From Gammaproteobacteria bacterium (GTDB lineage Bacteria; Pseudomonadota; Gammaproteobacteria; UBA4575), in assembly GCA_965221955.1 (NCBI GenBank), contig CBDCTA010000004.1, positions 1-64,000 of the forward strand: a stretch of DNA of 64,000 bases, given 5' to 3'. Below the pieces are notes generated by a model. The model was not told where the DNA came from, searched no databases, and worked only from the letters and a program-made list of their open reading frames with translations. This document shows positions 20,671-30,628 of the stretch, in pieces; the first letter of the stretch is position 1, and each line of letters starts with the position of its first letter. Position numbers and translations under genes: made by a program.

Positions 20671-21847
20671 ATGAAGTTAATTTTTAAAACGTTAAGTTAT
20701 GGGGCTATTTGTATAGCAATTTTATTGCTGGCAACATCATTATCCGCAAAAGATTGGTGGCCAGCAAAAGTAAACCCATATAATCCTTCATGTACAGATG
20801 GAAGTGATGAATGTTGGGCGCTTCCTGAGAACAATGCTGCAAAGCTTCCCCCGGCTGATTACATTCCTCTATCTCCTGACCAAGTTAAGAAAAAACATAA
20901 TATTTGTGTTTCTTTTCCGCATTTGAAAGATTCTTATTGGGTCGGTGTTGGATATGGAATTATTTCAGAAGGGAAACGACTCGGTCAAAAAGTCACACTG
21001 CTAGAAGCTGGAGGTTATACAAATTTAGAAAGACAGTTACGCCAAGTAGAAGATTGTATATCTGCCGGTGCTGATATTTTAATTCTTTCTGCAATTTCTG
21101 GAAAAGGTAACATTAATCAAGTAGATGAAATACGAGGTAAAGGTATACCTGTCATTGACTTAGTTAATGGAATTGGTACTCAAGTAGACGCAAAGATTTT
21201 AGAAAGTTGGTATTTACTTGGTTGGCTTGCTTGTGAGTGGGTTGCAAAGAAACATCCTGAAGGAAGCGGTAAAGTTTCTGCTGCGTGGTTTCCTGGTCCT
21301 CCTGGCGCTGCATGGTCGGTTGCAGGTGATCAAGGTTGTCATGATGCAGTGAAAGGAAGTGATGTTGAAATCATTGCGACAAAATGGGGAGATACTGGTA
21401 AGAGTATTCAATTGAAGCTTGTTGAAGATGTTGTTGCATCTCGAACTTCTGGAGGCACTACTGATTTAAATTACATTATCGGAGCTACGCCTACAATTGA
21501 AGCCGCTGTTGGTGTTGTTCGCGATCGTGGAATACAAGAAACAACTCGCTTAGTTGCATATTACTACAATACAGGATCACATATTCTATTGAAGCAAGGT
21601 CGTATGGATATGGCACCAACTGACCATATGGTGCTCCAAGGACAAATTGCTATCGACCAAGCTGTGCGGATCCTTGAGGGTCATCCCAATGGCAACAGGT
21701 GGAACACCCGAGCATGGTAATCCGGATAGGATTACAGAGCATGTTCAACCTGTACCTACGGTTGTCACAAAAGAGAATTACAAAGACTTCGATCCAGCTT
21801 CGACATTAGCCCCTGATGGTTGGAAGCCCGTATTTCGTGTGGATTAA
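20671..21847 (+). CDS. TorT-like periplasmic binding protein (sugar-type SBP), apparent +1 frameshift near 21685-21687
   Basis: CVSFPHLKDSYW, EAGGY, WFPGP.GA.W, WGDTGK, IAIDQAVRILEG; the C-terminal TLAPDGWKPVFRVD lies in the next frame. Confidence 0.75.
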
Positions 21848-21977
21848 GACCTATGTAACTTAAATAAAATTTTGTGGACGATAATAAATGTCTGCGCAGT
21901 TTAAATACGGAATTGAAGAACCAGTAAAGGAGTCGATGAAAAAATTAAAGTCGGCTCCTTACAACAAGGATAACTTG

Positions 21978-23513
21978 ATGAAAGCGGTTGAGAATACAGA
22001 GCTGCTACGAGTTGAAAACATCTCAAAACAATTTCCTGGAACATTAGCATTAGATAATGTCAGTCTTGAAATACGAAAAGGTGAAGTACATGTGCTATTT
22101 GGTGAGAATGGCGCAGGCAAGTCTACGCTTATACAAATCATTGCCGGTGTACATCGACCTACGAAAGGTAGGATTTATTTAAACGAAAAAGTTCTAGATC
22201 TTCATACTGTGCATCAAGCACGTGATCTTGGCATTAGTGCTGTATTTCAAGAATTCTCAATCATTCCACAATTGACAGTTGGTGAAAATTTATTTCTTGG
22301 TTCTGAAATGACCTCAGGGCCTTTTCTTGAAAAAAGGAAATTACGAAAACTAGCAAATGAAACTTTAGATAAATTAGGTTTTCGCCTAGACCCTGATAAA
22401 CAAGTTATGTATCTGTCACGTGCAGAGCAACAAATGGTAGAAATTGCAAAAGCATTTCGTACTAAACCTTCAATCATTATATTGGATGAACCTACAGCAT
22501 CACTTACTGAGCGTGAAACGGAACAGCTTTTTTCTAAAATAGAAGAATTAAAAAATGAAGGAATTGGCATTATATATATTACACATCGAATTAATGAAAT
22601 ACAGAGGATCGGTGATCGGATAACCGTTTTACGTGATGGTAAATTAGTTTCAACTATCCCTGTTAAAGAAGCGAGCGAAGAAAAGCTGGTTGAATTAATG
22701 ACGGGTAGAGTTATAGATAAGATTTTCCCTGATGTCCATGCAAGACCAAATAAAACATTATTAAATGTTGATAGTGTTACGCTTCAAAATAATGTTTTAC
22801 AAGATGTTTCTATTGAGATTAGAGAAGGTGAGGTTGTCGGTATTGCAGGGCTTGTAGGTTCAGGAAAATCTCAAGTAGGACGTGCAGCTTTTGGGTTAGA
22901 AAATATTGCGAGCGGAAAAATTGATTTTTGTGGTGACACTATATACAGCAGTGAACGACATATAAACTATTTAAAACCTCGTGTGATGCTAGATCGTGGG
23001 ATGTATTACTTACCTTCTGATAGACGTGAAGAAGGATTAGTTATGGTTCAAAGTGTGCGTGAAAATATTTCGTTAGCATCACTTGCTCTAAAAACATTCT
23101 CTAAAAAATGGTTCTTGCGTCGTAAAAGTGAGAAGGAAACAGTTGAAGATGTTTCTAAGGTACTCGATTTAAATCCACCAAATATTGAAAGACAGGTAGA
23201 GCATTTTTCGGGAGGCAATCAACAAAAAGCATTAATAGGAAAGGCATTAGTGCGTGACGTTAAGTTATTTATATTTGACGAACCTACTGTGGGTGTTGAT
23301 GTGGGTGCGAGAATGCTTATTTATAAATTTATCGGAGAGTTATGCGAAAAAGGTGCCGGTGTTCTGCTTATTTCTTCTGATTTACCAGAAATATTAAATC
23401 TAGCGCATCGAGCTTATGTAATGCACCGAGGAGTGCTGCAAGCAGAATTACCTAAAGAAGAATTATCAGAAGAAAATGTACTTAAGTATTTCTTTGAAAA
23501 GGAAGGGTGTTGA
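21978..23513 (+). CDS. Sugar-type (CUT2) ABC transporter ATP-binding protein, two NBDs
   Basis: GENGAGKST, ILDEPTASL, FSGGNQQK, FDEPTVGVDVGA. Confidence 0.92.
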   Translation: MKAVENTELLRVENISKQFPGTLALDNVSLEIRKGEVHVLFGENGAGKSTLIQIIAGVHRPTKGRIYLNEKVLDLHTVHQARDLGISAVFQEFSIIPQLTVGENLFLGSEMTSGPFLEKRKLRKLANETLDKLGFRLDPDKQVMYLSRAEQQMVEIAKAFRTKPSIIILDEPTASLTERETEQLFSKIEELKNEGIGIIYITHRINEIQRIGDRITVLRDGKLVSTIPVKEASEEKLVELMTGRVIDKIFPDVHARPNKTLLNVDSVTLQNNVLQDVSIEIREGEVVGIAGLVGSGKSQVGRAAFGLENIASGKIDFCGDTIYSSERHINYLKPRVMLDRGMYYLPSDRREEGLVMVQSVRENISLASLALKTFSKKWFLRRKSEKETVEDVSKVLDLNPPNIERQVEHFSGGNQQKALIGKALVRDVKLFIFDEPTVGVDVGARMLIYKFIGELCEKGAGVLLISSDLPEILNLAHRAYVMHRGVLQAELPKEELSEENVLKYFFEKEGC

Positions 23514-24562
23514 TAATGAGCTCTAATCATGTAGAAAATTTCAATGAAAGTTCTCTAGAAATTGGTTTAACTAACAAAGTATTAAATCTATTCAAAATTG
23601 CATTTGTTAAAGCGGGCGTTCTACCTTGGTTTTTAATAATTGCAGTAATATTTTTAACAAGCGCTACGGACACATTTCTAACAGAAGCTAATTTATCAAC
23701 TGTTGCACGTCAATCTACATATTTAGTATTGGCTGCAATGGCGCAAATGGTTGTGCTATTAACACGAGGCTTAGACCTGTCAATAGGAACAATGTTTGCT
23801 ATGAGTTCAGTTACAACATCTATGACTATGGTTGCCCTTTCAGCAGGTGATGGATCACCAACATTTGCAATTATGATGGGTTGTTTAGCTGGTATGGCTA
23901 CGTGTGTAGTCATTGGAATATTTAACGGCAGCATTATTGCTATATTTGATGTTCCACCTTTCGTTATGACATTAGCAACTTCTTCAATCGTTGCTGGATT
24001 AGCATTTTATGTTACAGGTGGTACGCCTGTGTATGGGATGCCAGCAGGGTTTTCAAACTTTTTCGGATACGGAAAAATATTTGGTATTTCAGTACCTGTT
24101 TGTATAACTATCGTATTTGTAATTGGTATGTATTTTTTGATTAACTGGACTCGTTTAGGACGATACTTTTACGCCATAGGAGGCAATCCGAAAGCCGCTG
24201 AACTTTCTGGAATAAATACAAAACGTGTAATATTTTTCACATATGTCATTGCAGGTTTTATAACAGGAATTGCTACATTATTACTTACAGCACGCTTGGA
24301 AAGTGGCGAATCAAATATAGGTGTTGAATATCCTTTGATGTCTATAGCTGCGTGTGCAATAGGCGGAGTGAGTATTTTTGGTGGTATTGGAAAACTAAGT
24401 GGTGTTGTACTTGGTGCAATATTTATCATCCTTGTTCAAAATGGAATGAATCTTTTGCAACTAAACTCTTATTTGCAAATGGTAGTCATAGGAATTTTAT
24501 TAATACTTGCGGTAGTAGCCGATAACTATCGACTCAAACTAGTACTAACTATGAATGAGTAG
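23507..24562 (+). CDS. Sugar-type ABC transporter permease
   Basis: GLDLSIG, GRYFYAIGGNPKAAELSGI, IAACAIGGVSIFGG. Confidence 0.9.
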   Translation: MLIMSSNHVENFNESSLEIGLTNKVLNLFKIAFVKAGVLPWFLIIAVIFLTSATDTFLTEANLSTVARQSTYLVLAAMAQMVVLLTRGLDLSIGTMFAMSSVTTSMTMVALSAGDGSPTFAIMMGCLAGMATCVVIGIFNGSIIAIFDVPPFVMTLATSSIVAGLAFYVTGGTPVYGMPAGFSNFFGYGKIFGISVPVCITIVFVIGMYFLINWTRLGRYFYAIGGNPKAAELSGINTKRVIFFTYVIAGFITGIATLLLTARLESGESNIGVEYPLMSIAACAIGGVSIFGGIGKLSGVVLGAIFIILVQNGMNLLQLNSYLQMVVIGILLILAVVADNYRLKLVLTMNE

Positions 24563-24719
24563 GTGAACTCCTCCTGATCGTTACGGAACAACATCATTTT
24601 TAGCATGGATGCTAATTTTTAAATGTTTGAATTAAAGTTATCGGATGTTTAATTAGTAGCAAGTCAATTCATAGTCATCATAAACCATCAAGATAATAAA
24701 AATACTTTTTACCAAGGAG

Positions 24720-25035
24720 GCTAAAATAATGTGTGCGGGACGATCAAAACGAATCCATTCTTTGCGTAATTTAATCACTTCCTCACGACGCATGGCCGCC
24801 TCATAGAGGGCAATTAAGGCCACGCCACTTCATGATCTATAACATCAACATAGTGTAGTATCTTATTGAATTCTTTATGAGTGATCGGTTCTTGGTCTCG
24901 TCGTCCTGGGATCTCATCCTGAGTACGTAAATCTTTGGGCAAATCTGGTTCTAGGAGCCAATCAAACAGGTCAACGGGGCGCCAACCAAAATTTCATTTG
25001 GCATAATCCTGAATACGCTTAATGGCTTCAATTTA
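24720..25035 (-). pseudogene. Tyrosine integrase fragment (remnant 1)
   Basis: Manual translation: IEAIKRIQDYAK*NFGWRPVDLFDWLLEPDLPKDLRTQDEIPGRRDQEPITHKEFNKILHYVDVIDHEVA / (frameshift) LIALYEAAMRREEVIKLRKEWIRFD, resembling the integrase Box I ..GMR..E...L.W.DIDF motif. Confidence 0.65.
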
Positions 25036-25132
25036 TTTGTGTTTCTTTCCAATACAAATAGTCTTTTATCGTACAGCCAAAATAAAGGTATAGTTGGACT
25101 CTTTATAGATTCTAACTGTTCATTCGTAATAT

Positions 25133-26845
25133 ATGCACCCTGTTAGTAGAAATTACAAAATTTTATTTGTTCTATTTTTAGCATTAAATTTTGCTTTAAT
25201 TCTTCCAGCTAATGCCGAAACGCGCATTGCATTAGTTATTGGAAATGGAGATTACTCATTTAGTCCACTTGCTAACCCACCTGAAGATGCAAAGATTATT
25301 ACGGATGCCTTAGGGCAAACAGGCTTTGAAGTAATTCAATTAAAAAATGCAAATCAAAAAAAGATGAAGCAAGCAATTCGTGAATTTTCTGCTCGATTGA
25401 AAGCAGCTAATAATACTGTTGCACTTTTTTATTACGCAGGGCATGGGGTTCAGTTTGAGGGGCGAAATTATTTAATTCCTACTGATGCAGACATTCGTTC
25501 TCAACAAGATGTTGAGTTTGAATCGATAGATGCACAGTGGGTACTAGATACTATTAAAGAAAGCCATAGCGGCTTATCAGTAATTGTTCTAGATGCTTGT
25601 CGAAATAATCCGTTTGCAGCAAGCACACGTTCAGCTACTAGAGGGTTAGTGCGAATGGACGCGCCTCGCGGTTCTATTTTGGCGTATTCCACTTCGCCAG
25701 GTAAAGAAGCATTAGATGGTGAAGGTAGTAACAGCCCATATAGCCATGCATTGGCAAATGCTATAACACAGCCTGGTCTTAAGATTGAAGATGTATTTAA
25801 GCAAGTGCGAAGAGATGTTTTGGCAAGTACGGCTAATTCACAAGTGCCATGGGAGTCCTCCTCGCTAACAGATGATTTTTATTTTTCAGGCTCCTCCAAT
25901 TCATCAGAAGGACAACAAGTTGCAATTCTAAATACTCCAAAGGAAGTTAAGAAAGATACAAAGATTGTAACTTCATCTAAATATCGTTCAGGAGATGTAT
26001 TTACCGATTGTGATCAATGTCCCGATATGGTGGTTATTCCAAGTGGTCAATCAATCATAGGTTCAAATAAAAGTGATCAAGAAAAAGGGCATCTTTCTGT
26101 GGGTGAAAGTGGGGAGTATGAAAAACCTGAATTTACAGTTTCTTTGCCAAACTTTGCTTTAGCAAAAACTGAAATTACACGCGGTCAGTTTAGAAAATTT
26201 ATTGAGTCGAGTAGTTATAAGCCTTCTGCAGGGTGTTGGCTATTTAAAACAATTTTATGGAAGTTTGATAAAAAACGTAATTGGGCCAACCCAGGGTTTA
26301 ACCAAGATGATTATCATCCCGTCGTGTGTGTAAATTGGGAAGATGCAAACGCTTATGCAGAATGGCTGGCGGTCACAACAGGTAAAAAATATCGTTTAGC
26401 AAGTGAAGCTGAGTGGGAATATGCTGCTAGAGGGGGTAAACAAAGTAAATATTTTTGGGGTGAAAGTATTAGTAGGGCATGTGAATATGCCAATGTTTAT
26501 GATGTAAATGGTAAACAAACAATCAAAAACAAATGGCAAAAACATTCTCAATGTAATGATAGCGCAGCGTATACTCGTTCGGTGGCAATGTATAAAGCTA
26601 ATGATTTTGGCTTATATGATATGATCGGGAACGTTATGGAATGGGTCGATGATTGCTGGGTTACTCAACATGATACGTCTAATATTTCGGGAGATAGCAG
26701 AAGGGATGGAGGATGTGCCAAACGTGTTCAAAAAGGTTCACACTTTAATTTTTCGCAATTTAGTTTGAGACCTGCTGCTCGCTGGGCCGATGAGCCTATT
26801 GATCGATCTATCTATGGCGGGTTTCGCGTCATGAGAGAACTATAA
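25133..26845 (+). CDS. Exported caspase-family (C14) protease + FGE-sulfatase (SUMF1-like) domain
   Basis: Signal peptide; RIALVIGN, FYYAGHG (His), LDACRNNPF (Cys); C-terminal HPVVCVNWEDA...RLASEAEWEYAAR...GNVMEWV...GFRV. Confidence 0.88.
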   Translation: MHPVSRNYKILFVLFLALNFALILPANAETRIALVIGNGDYSFSPLANPPEDAKIITDALGQTGFEVIQLKNANQKKMKQAIREFSARLKAANNTVALFYYAGHGVQFEGRNYLIPTDADIRSQQDVEFESIDAQWVLDTIKESHSGLSVIVLDACRNNPFAASTRSATRGLVRMDAPRGSILAYSTSPGKEALDGEGSNSPYSHALANAITQPGLKIEDVFKQVRRDVLASTANSQVPWESSSLTDDFYFSGSSNSSEGQQVAILNTPKEVKKDTKIVTSSKYRSGDVFTDCDQCPDMVVIPSGQSIIGSNKSDQEKGHLSVGESGEYEKPEFTVSLPNFALAKTEITRGQFRKFIESSSYKPSAGCWLFKTILWKFDKKRNWANPGFNQDDYHPVVCVNWEDANAYAEWLAVTTGKKYRLASEAEWEYAARGGKQSKYFWGESISRACEYANVYDVNGKQTIKNKWQKHSQCNDSAAYTRSVAMYKANDFGLYDMIGNVMEWVDDCWVTQHDTSNISGDSRRDGGCAKRVQKGSHFNFSQFSLRPAARWADEPIDRSIYGGFRVMREL

Positions 26846-26893
26846 AATTGTTGTAAATTGGGAACGAGTACACTTAACAAGTTAGAAAAGAAT

Positions 26894-27169
26894 ATGAAAT
26901 TAACATTGCCAATTTTTTCTGCAATAGCGTGCTTATTGTTTGTTACATGTGTCTATGGATTTGGCGGAGGAAAAGGGTATGTTTCAGGCACCTTTTGAGC
27001 TGCAGACCTTGATCGTAATGAGCAGTTAAGCCGTGAAGAAGCAAAGTCAGTTTACAATTTAGCAGATGATCCGATATTTAATCGTTATGATAAAAACCAT
27101 AATGAAAAAATTAATTTCACCTAATTTGCAGAATTTAAGCAGCAGTCACCTTGGATAAGCATAAAATAA
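26894..27169 (+). pseudogene. Secreted two-EF-hand protein with two in-frame stops
   Basis: MKLTLPIFSAIACLLF...F*AADLDRNEQLSREE...DKNHNEKINFT*FAEF; TGA at 26996, TAA at 27122. Confidence 0.65.
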
Positions 27170-27193
27170 TCTTGAAATTACCAGAAGATTTAT

Positions 27194-27814
27194 CTATTCA
27201 ATTTTATGAGAGTGCTTGCCTTGTTTCCAAGGCAATAAAATAGCCAATAGAATTGACAGTATAATAAGTATAGTAAAGTAATTTATTCTGACTTTACTAC
27301 TTGCAGTATGCAACATATACGCATCATACATTCCTGCAACTGTAACTTTTAAAATAATATCTGCCATGGTTGAAGGTTTGTCATTTGGATGGGAATTGCT
27401 AAATGATCCATTTGGATTAATTTCTTGAGGAATAGTTGGTTGATATGCAGGTCCATCAACTACAGTTATAACTCTGCCTTGTGCAAGCGGGATAAAGGCA
27501 AGAAAATTGCTTGCAAGCACTAGAATCAGTAAATGCTTATAGAATAAAGTTTTAAATGATGGAGGTCTCCAGCTAGCAAGCGGCCATCGTAACGACATAG
27601 ATATTAATCCAATACTAAATCCTATTAGACTTAACCCAATTACAAGTAAGAGTAATACGAGGCTTCCATCTATAGATGTAACTAAGTTGTTTAGATCAAT
27701 GGGCGGTAAATTAAATTCTAAATAACCTAGTAATACTGTGCCAGATACAAACAAGCCACACCCAAAAACAAATAATGTCAAGGATGAAAATAATATGTTT
27801 TTAATTACAGACAT
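27194..27814 (-). CDS. Hypothetical multi-TM protein
   Basis: About four hydrophobic segments; divergent from the Tad operon. Confidence 0.55.
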   Translation of the reverse strand: MSVIKNILFSSLTLFVFGCGLFVSGTVLLGYLEFNLPPIDLNNLVTSIDGSLVLLLLVIGLSLIGFSIGLISMSLRWPLASWRPPSFKTLFYKHLLILVLASNFLAFIPLAQGRVITVVDGPAYQPTIPQEINPNGSFSNSHPNDKPSTMADIILKVTVAGMYDAYMLHTASSKVRINYFTILIILSILLAILLPWKQGKHSHKIE

Positions 27815-28031
27815 TTTCTACAGCCTCGTGCTTTTTAAATATCGGCAAGCTCTAGTTTTGATAATTTAATGAAGGTTGCAATGTATTGGTGTACAATTAT
27901 TGATCAGTCTAATATATAAGTATTTGTATTTTATTAAATTGTCAGTTTCTATAGATAAATCAAACTACACAATACAGTATTATTTGATAATGTAGTTGTT
28001 GTAATTTATAACTAGCTTTGAGGTTTGCATA

Positions 28032-28979
28032 GTGAAAATTTGGCTTAAGTCTTTAATACTGATTTCAGTTCTCGTTTTACCAACAGTACATTCTGCCAAT
28101 CGTGGCGAAGTGTATAGCTTGCTCAACCAACTTACTTCAAATTGGCCCGAAGCAAATTTACAAGCCAAGTTAATCCAAACGAATACTTCATCTGATAATT
28201 CTGTAAATTTAGGTGACCATCTTCGTTATTCAACACATGCGTCCGCTCCTGGCCATGTTTATATTATGCATATTGATAGTCACGGAAATTCGAGTTTATT
28301 GTTGCCTAAAAATAGCAGTGATGGAAAAGACTATATTTATCCACCCAATGGAACGCTAATTTCTTCCTTACCATTAGGAAAAGAGTCGCTCTATATATTT
28401 CAAACCGAAAATGAACTGGATTTAAATGGGTTTGGTTTGCAAAAAAGCCAAGATTTTTTACAGTTTGGTGACTCGGTAGAACTTGTTAAAAAGTTTAGTA
28501 ACTTAATTAATGAAAATAAAAAATCTTCTAAAGTTGCGCTAGCTACGATAGATTATTTGGTGGAAGCGCCTGATCAAACTGAATATACAACTCGCGCAAT
28601 CATTCGTCATTTTGTAGATGACGAAGACAAAAATACGAGTTTACCGGCAAGAATTACTTTTGAATTTGATTCTGCAAAGCTTACCAAAGAAGGGATGACC
28701 AATCTTGATACGTTTGGTGAGGCGTTAGTTGCGGATGAGCTTAAGTCAAAAGAATTTATTTTAGCAGGTCATACTGACGATGTAGGATCTGATGAATACA
28801 ATATGGATTTGTCAAAAAGACGCGCGGATGCAGCAAAACAATATTTATCAAATAGTTTTGGTATACAACAAAATCGGTTAATCGTTGAAGCATATGGTGA
28901 AGCAAAACCTTTAGAACCTAATAAAGATGATACTTCGCGTAGTAAGAATAGAAGAGTTGAATTCATTCTTGCTAAATAG
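28032..28979 (+). CDS. Exported DUF4384-like + OmpA C-terminal domain protein
   Basis: Signal peptide; G.VYIMHIDSHG...LLP...G.ESLYIF; ITFEFDSAKL, GHTDDVGSDEYNMDLSKRRA, NRRVEF. Confidence 0.8.
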   Translation: MKIWLKSLILISVLVLPTVHSANRGEVYSLLNQLTSNWPEANLQAKLIQTNTSSDNSVNLGDHLRYSTHASAPGHVYIMHIDSHGNSSLLLPKNSSDGKDYIYPPNGTLISSLPLGKESLYIFQTENELDLNGFGLQKSQDFLQFGDSVELVKKFSNLINENKKSSKVALATIDYLVEAPDQTEYTTRAIIRHFVDDEDKNTSLPARITFEFDSAKLTKEGMTNLDTFGEALVADELKSKEFILAGHTDDVGSDEYNMDLSKRRADAAKQYLSNSFGIQQNRLIVEAYGEAKPLEPNKDDTSRSKNRRVEFILAK

Positions 28980-29012
28980 CATTTCAAAAATATATTTTAT
29001 TTAGGGTAAATC

Positions 29013-29150
29013 ATGTCTGATACGGTTGCATATATCTTAGTTACATCGTTATTTATCATTCCGCTTATTTTTTTAATATTTCTTTTTGTTGATGTCATGT
29101 TTATCTCTCATGCAAATCAATCTAGCATTTTGTCTTTTCCATTTCCCTAA
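29013..29150 (+). CDS. 45-aa single-TM pilin-like peptide (not in the ORF track)
   Basis: MSDTVAYILVTSLFIIPLIFLIFLFVDVMFISHANQSSILSFPFP; AGGGT RBS; ends 9 bp before cpaF. Confidence 0.55.
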   Translation: MSDTVAYILVTSLFIIPLIFLIFLFVDVMFISHANQSSILSFPFP

Positions 29151-29159
29151 TAGATTCAC

Positions 29160-30266
29160 ATGTCTAATTTAATTCACTTATATGATAAGACGTTAGGGCA
29201 CTTATTTTCTCCTATAAAGCATCTGTTAGACGATGATTCTGTCTCTGAGGTTATGATTAACGGGTTTGATGAGATTTATATTGAACAAAAAGGGTTATTA
29301 CACAAAACCGATGCAGTTTTTCAAAGTGAACAAGAATTAGAAGCAGCGATTAGGAACGTTGCACAATTTGTTGGCAAAAGATTAACTGAGGATGAGCCCA
29401 GTATTGAAGCGAGATTGCCGGATGGGTCACGTGTGCATATTGTTCAACCTCCAGCTGCACGAAAAGGTCTTTGTGTTGCAATCAGAAAGTTTTCTAAACA
29501 TAAATTAAGCATTGATTCGTTAATTGAATATGGCTCATTAACTGATTCTTCTGCAGAATTTTTGAAATTATGTGTTTTGCTTGCAAAAAATATTATTGTT
29601 TCAGGTGGCACAGGTTCAGGTAAGACAACGTTGTTAAATTGTCTTTCTTCTTATATCAGTGGTAATGAGCGTATTATCGTTCTTGAGGATTCGTCAGAAT
29701 TACAATTACAGCAAGAGCATGTTGTACCTTTTGAAGCGCAAGCCCCTAATCGAGATGGGCGTGGTGGAATATCAATCAGAGACCTATTTAGAGCTTCGTT
29801 GCGAATGCGGCCCGATAGAATTGTAGTAGGGGAGTGTCGTGGTGGTGAAACCATTGACATGATTCAAGCAATGACTTCTGGTCATTCAGGCTCGCTGTCC
29901 ACATGTCATGCAAATACACCATTAGATGCATTGAGCAGATTAGAAGTTATGTCTTTGATGGGTGATGTGGAAATCCCACTGCATGCACTCAGAACGCAAA
30001 TTTCTTCTGCGATAGATTTGATCGTTCAAATTAACCGTTTTCATGATGGCAAACGTAAAATCACTGCTATTTCTGAGGTATTGGGGTTAACGGATGACGG
30101 GAAATATCAGGTCAAGGATCTGTATGCATTGGACTATAAAGAAGGGCAGGCAGCAAGTGACGCTGAATTAGTGCCTACAGGGGAAATGCCCCTATTTAAT
30201 CAAGAAGTTGTGCAATCTAATTTAGAGAGTTTAGTCGATAATTCTAAGGTAGTATGGAGCCTTTAA
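29160..30266 (+). CDS. cpaF: CpaF/TadA pilus ATPase (short form)
   Basis: [49 protein letters not shown]. Confidence 0.9.
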   Translation: MSNLIHLYDKTLGHLFSPIKHLLDDDSVSEVMINGFDEIYIEQKGLLHKTDAVFQSEQELEAAIRNVAQFVGKRLTEDEPSIEARLPDGSRVHIVQPPAARKGLCVAIRKFSKHKLSIDSLIEYGSLTDSSAEFLKLCVLLAKNIIVSGGTGSGKTTLLNCLSSYISGNERIIVLEDSSELQLQQEHVVPFEAQAPNRDGRGGISIRDLFRASLRMRPDRIVVGECRGGETIDMIQAMTSGHSGSLSTCHANTPLDALSRLEVMSLMGDVEIPLHALRTQISSAIDLIVQINRFHDGKRKITAISEVLGLTDDGKYQVKDLYALDYKEGQAASDAELVPTGEMPLFNQEVVQSNLESLVDNSKVVWSL

Positions 30267-30308
30267 GCTATACTTTATGTTTCATTTGAGTTTAAACAGG
30301 AGTTAATC

Positions 30309-30512
30309 ATGAGTCTGTGTAAAAACCCAAAACACAAATCACGTAATCAAAAGGGAGAAATGCCAGTTGGCACAATTTTAGTCATTGCATTGATTGTGAT
30401 TCCTTTAGTGTTCTTATTAATTGCCGCCAGAGATAAGATTGTTCCGATGTTCACGACTGACATTCAAGAAGTGACAGAAGACGATGGCAATCAACGACCT
30501 ACTATCCCTTAA
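30309..30512 (+). CDS. Atypical Flp-like major pilin candidate
   Basis: Basic leader ending QKG, then EMPVGTILVIALIVIPLVFLLIA; 67 aa; AGGAG RBS. Confidence 0.6.
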   Translation: MSLCKNPKHKSRNQKGEMPVGTILVIALIVIPLVFLLIAARDKIVPMFTTDIQEVTEDDGNQRPTIP

Positions 30513-30628
30513 TTCTTTATAAAATCGTTTTTAACTAAAACCTTTAGAGTAAAACAAGTATGACTTGATTAGAGTTTGAAGTTCGTAAGCATTCATAATA
30601 AATATAATTAAAAAAATAATTTAAGAAA

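Noticed and set aside
21647-21847. Separate 66-aa gene
   Set aside because: It is the frameshifted C-terminus of the TorT-like protein
26996-26998. In-frame TGA as selenocysteine or readthrough in the EF-hand ORF
   Set aside because: A second in-frame stop (TAA) follows and no SECIS-like hairpin is evident
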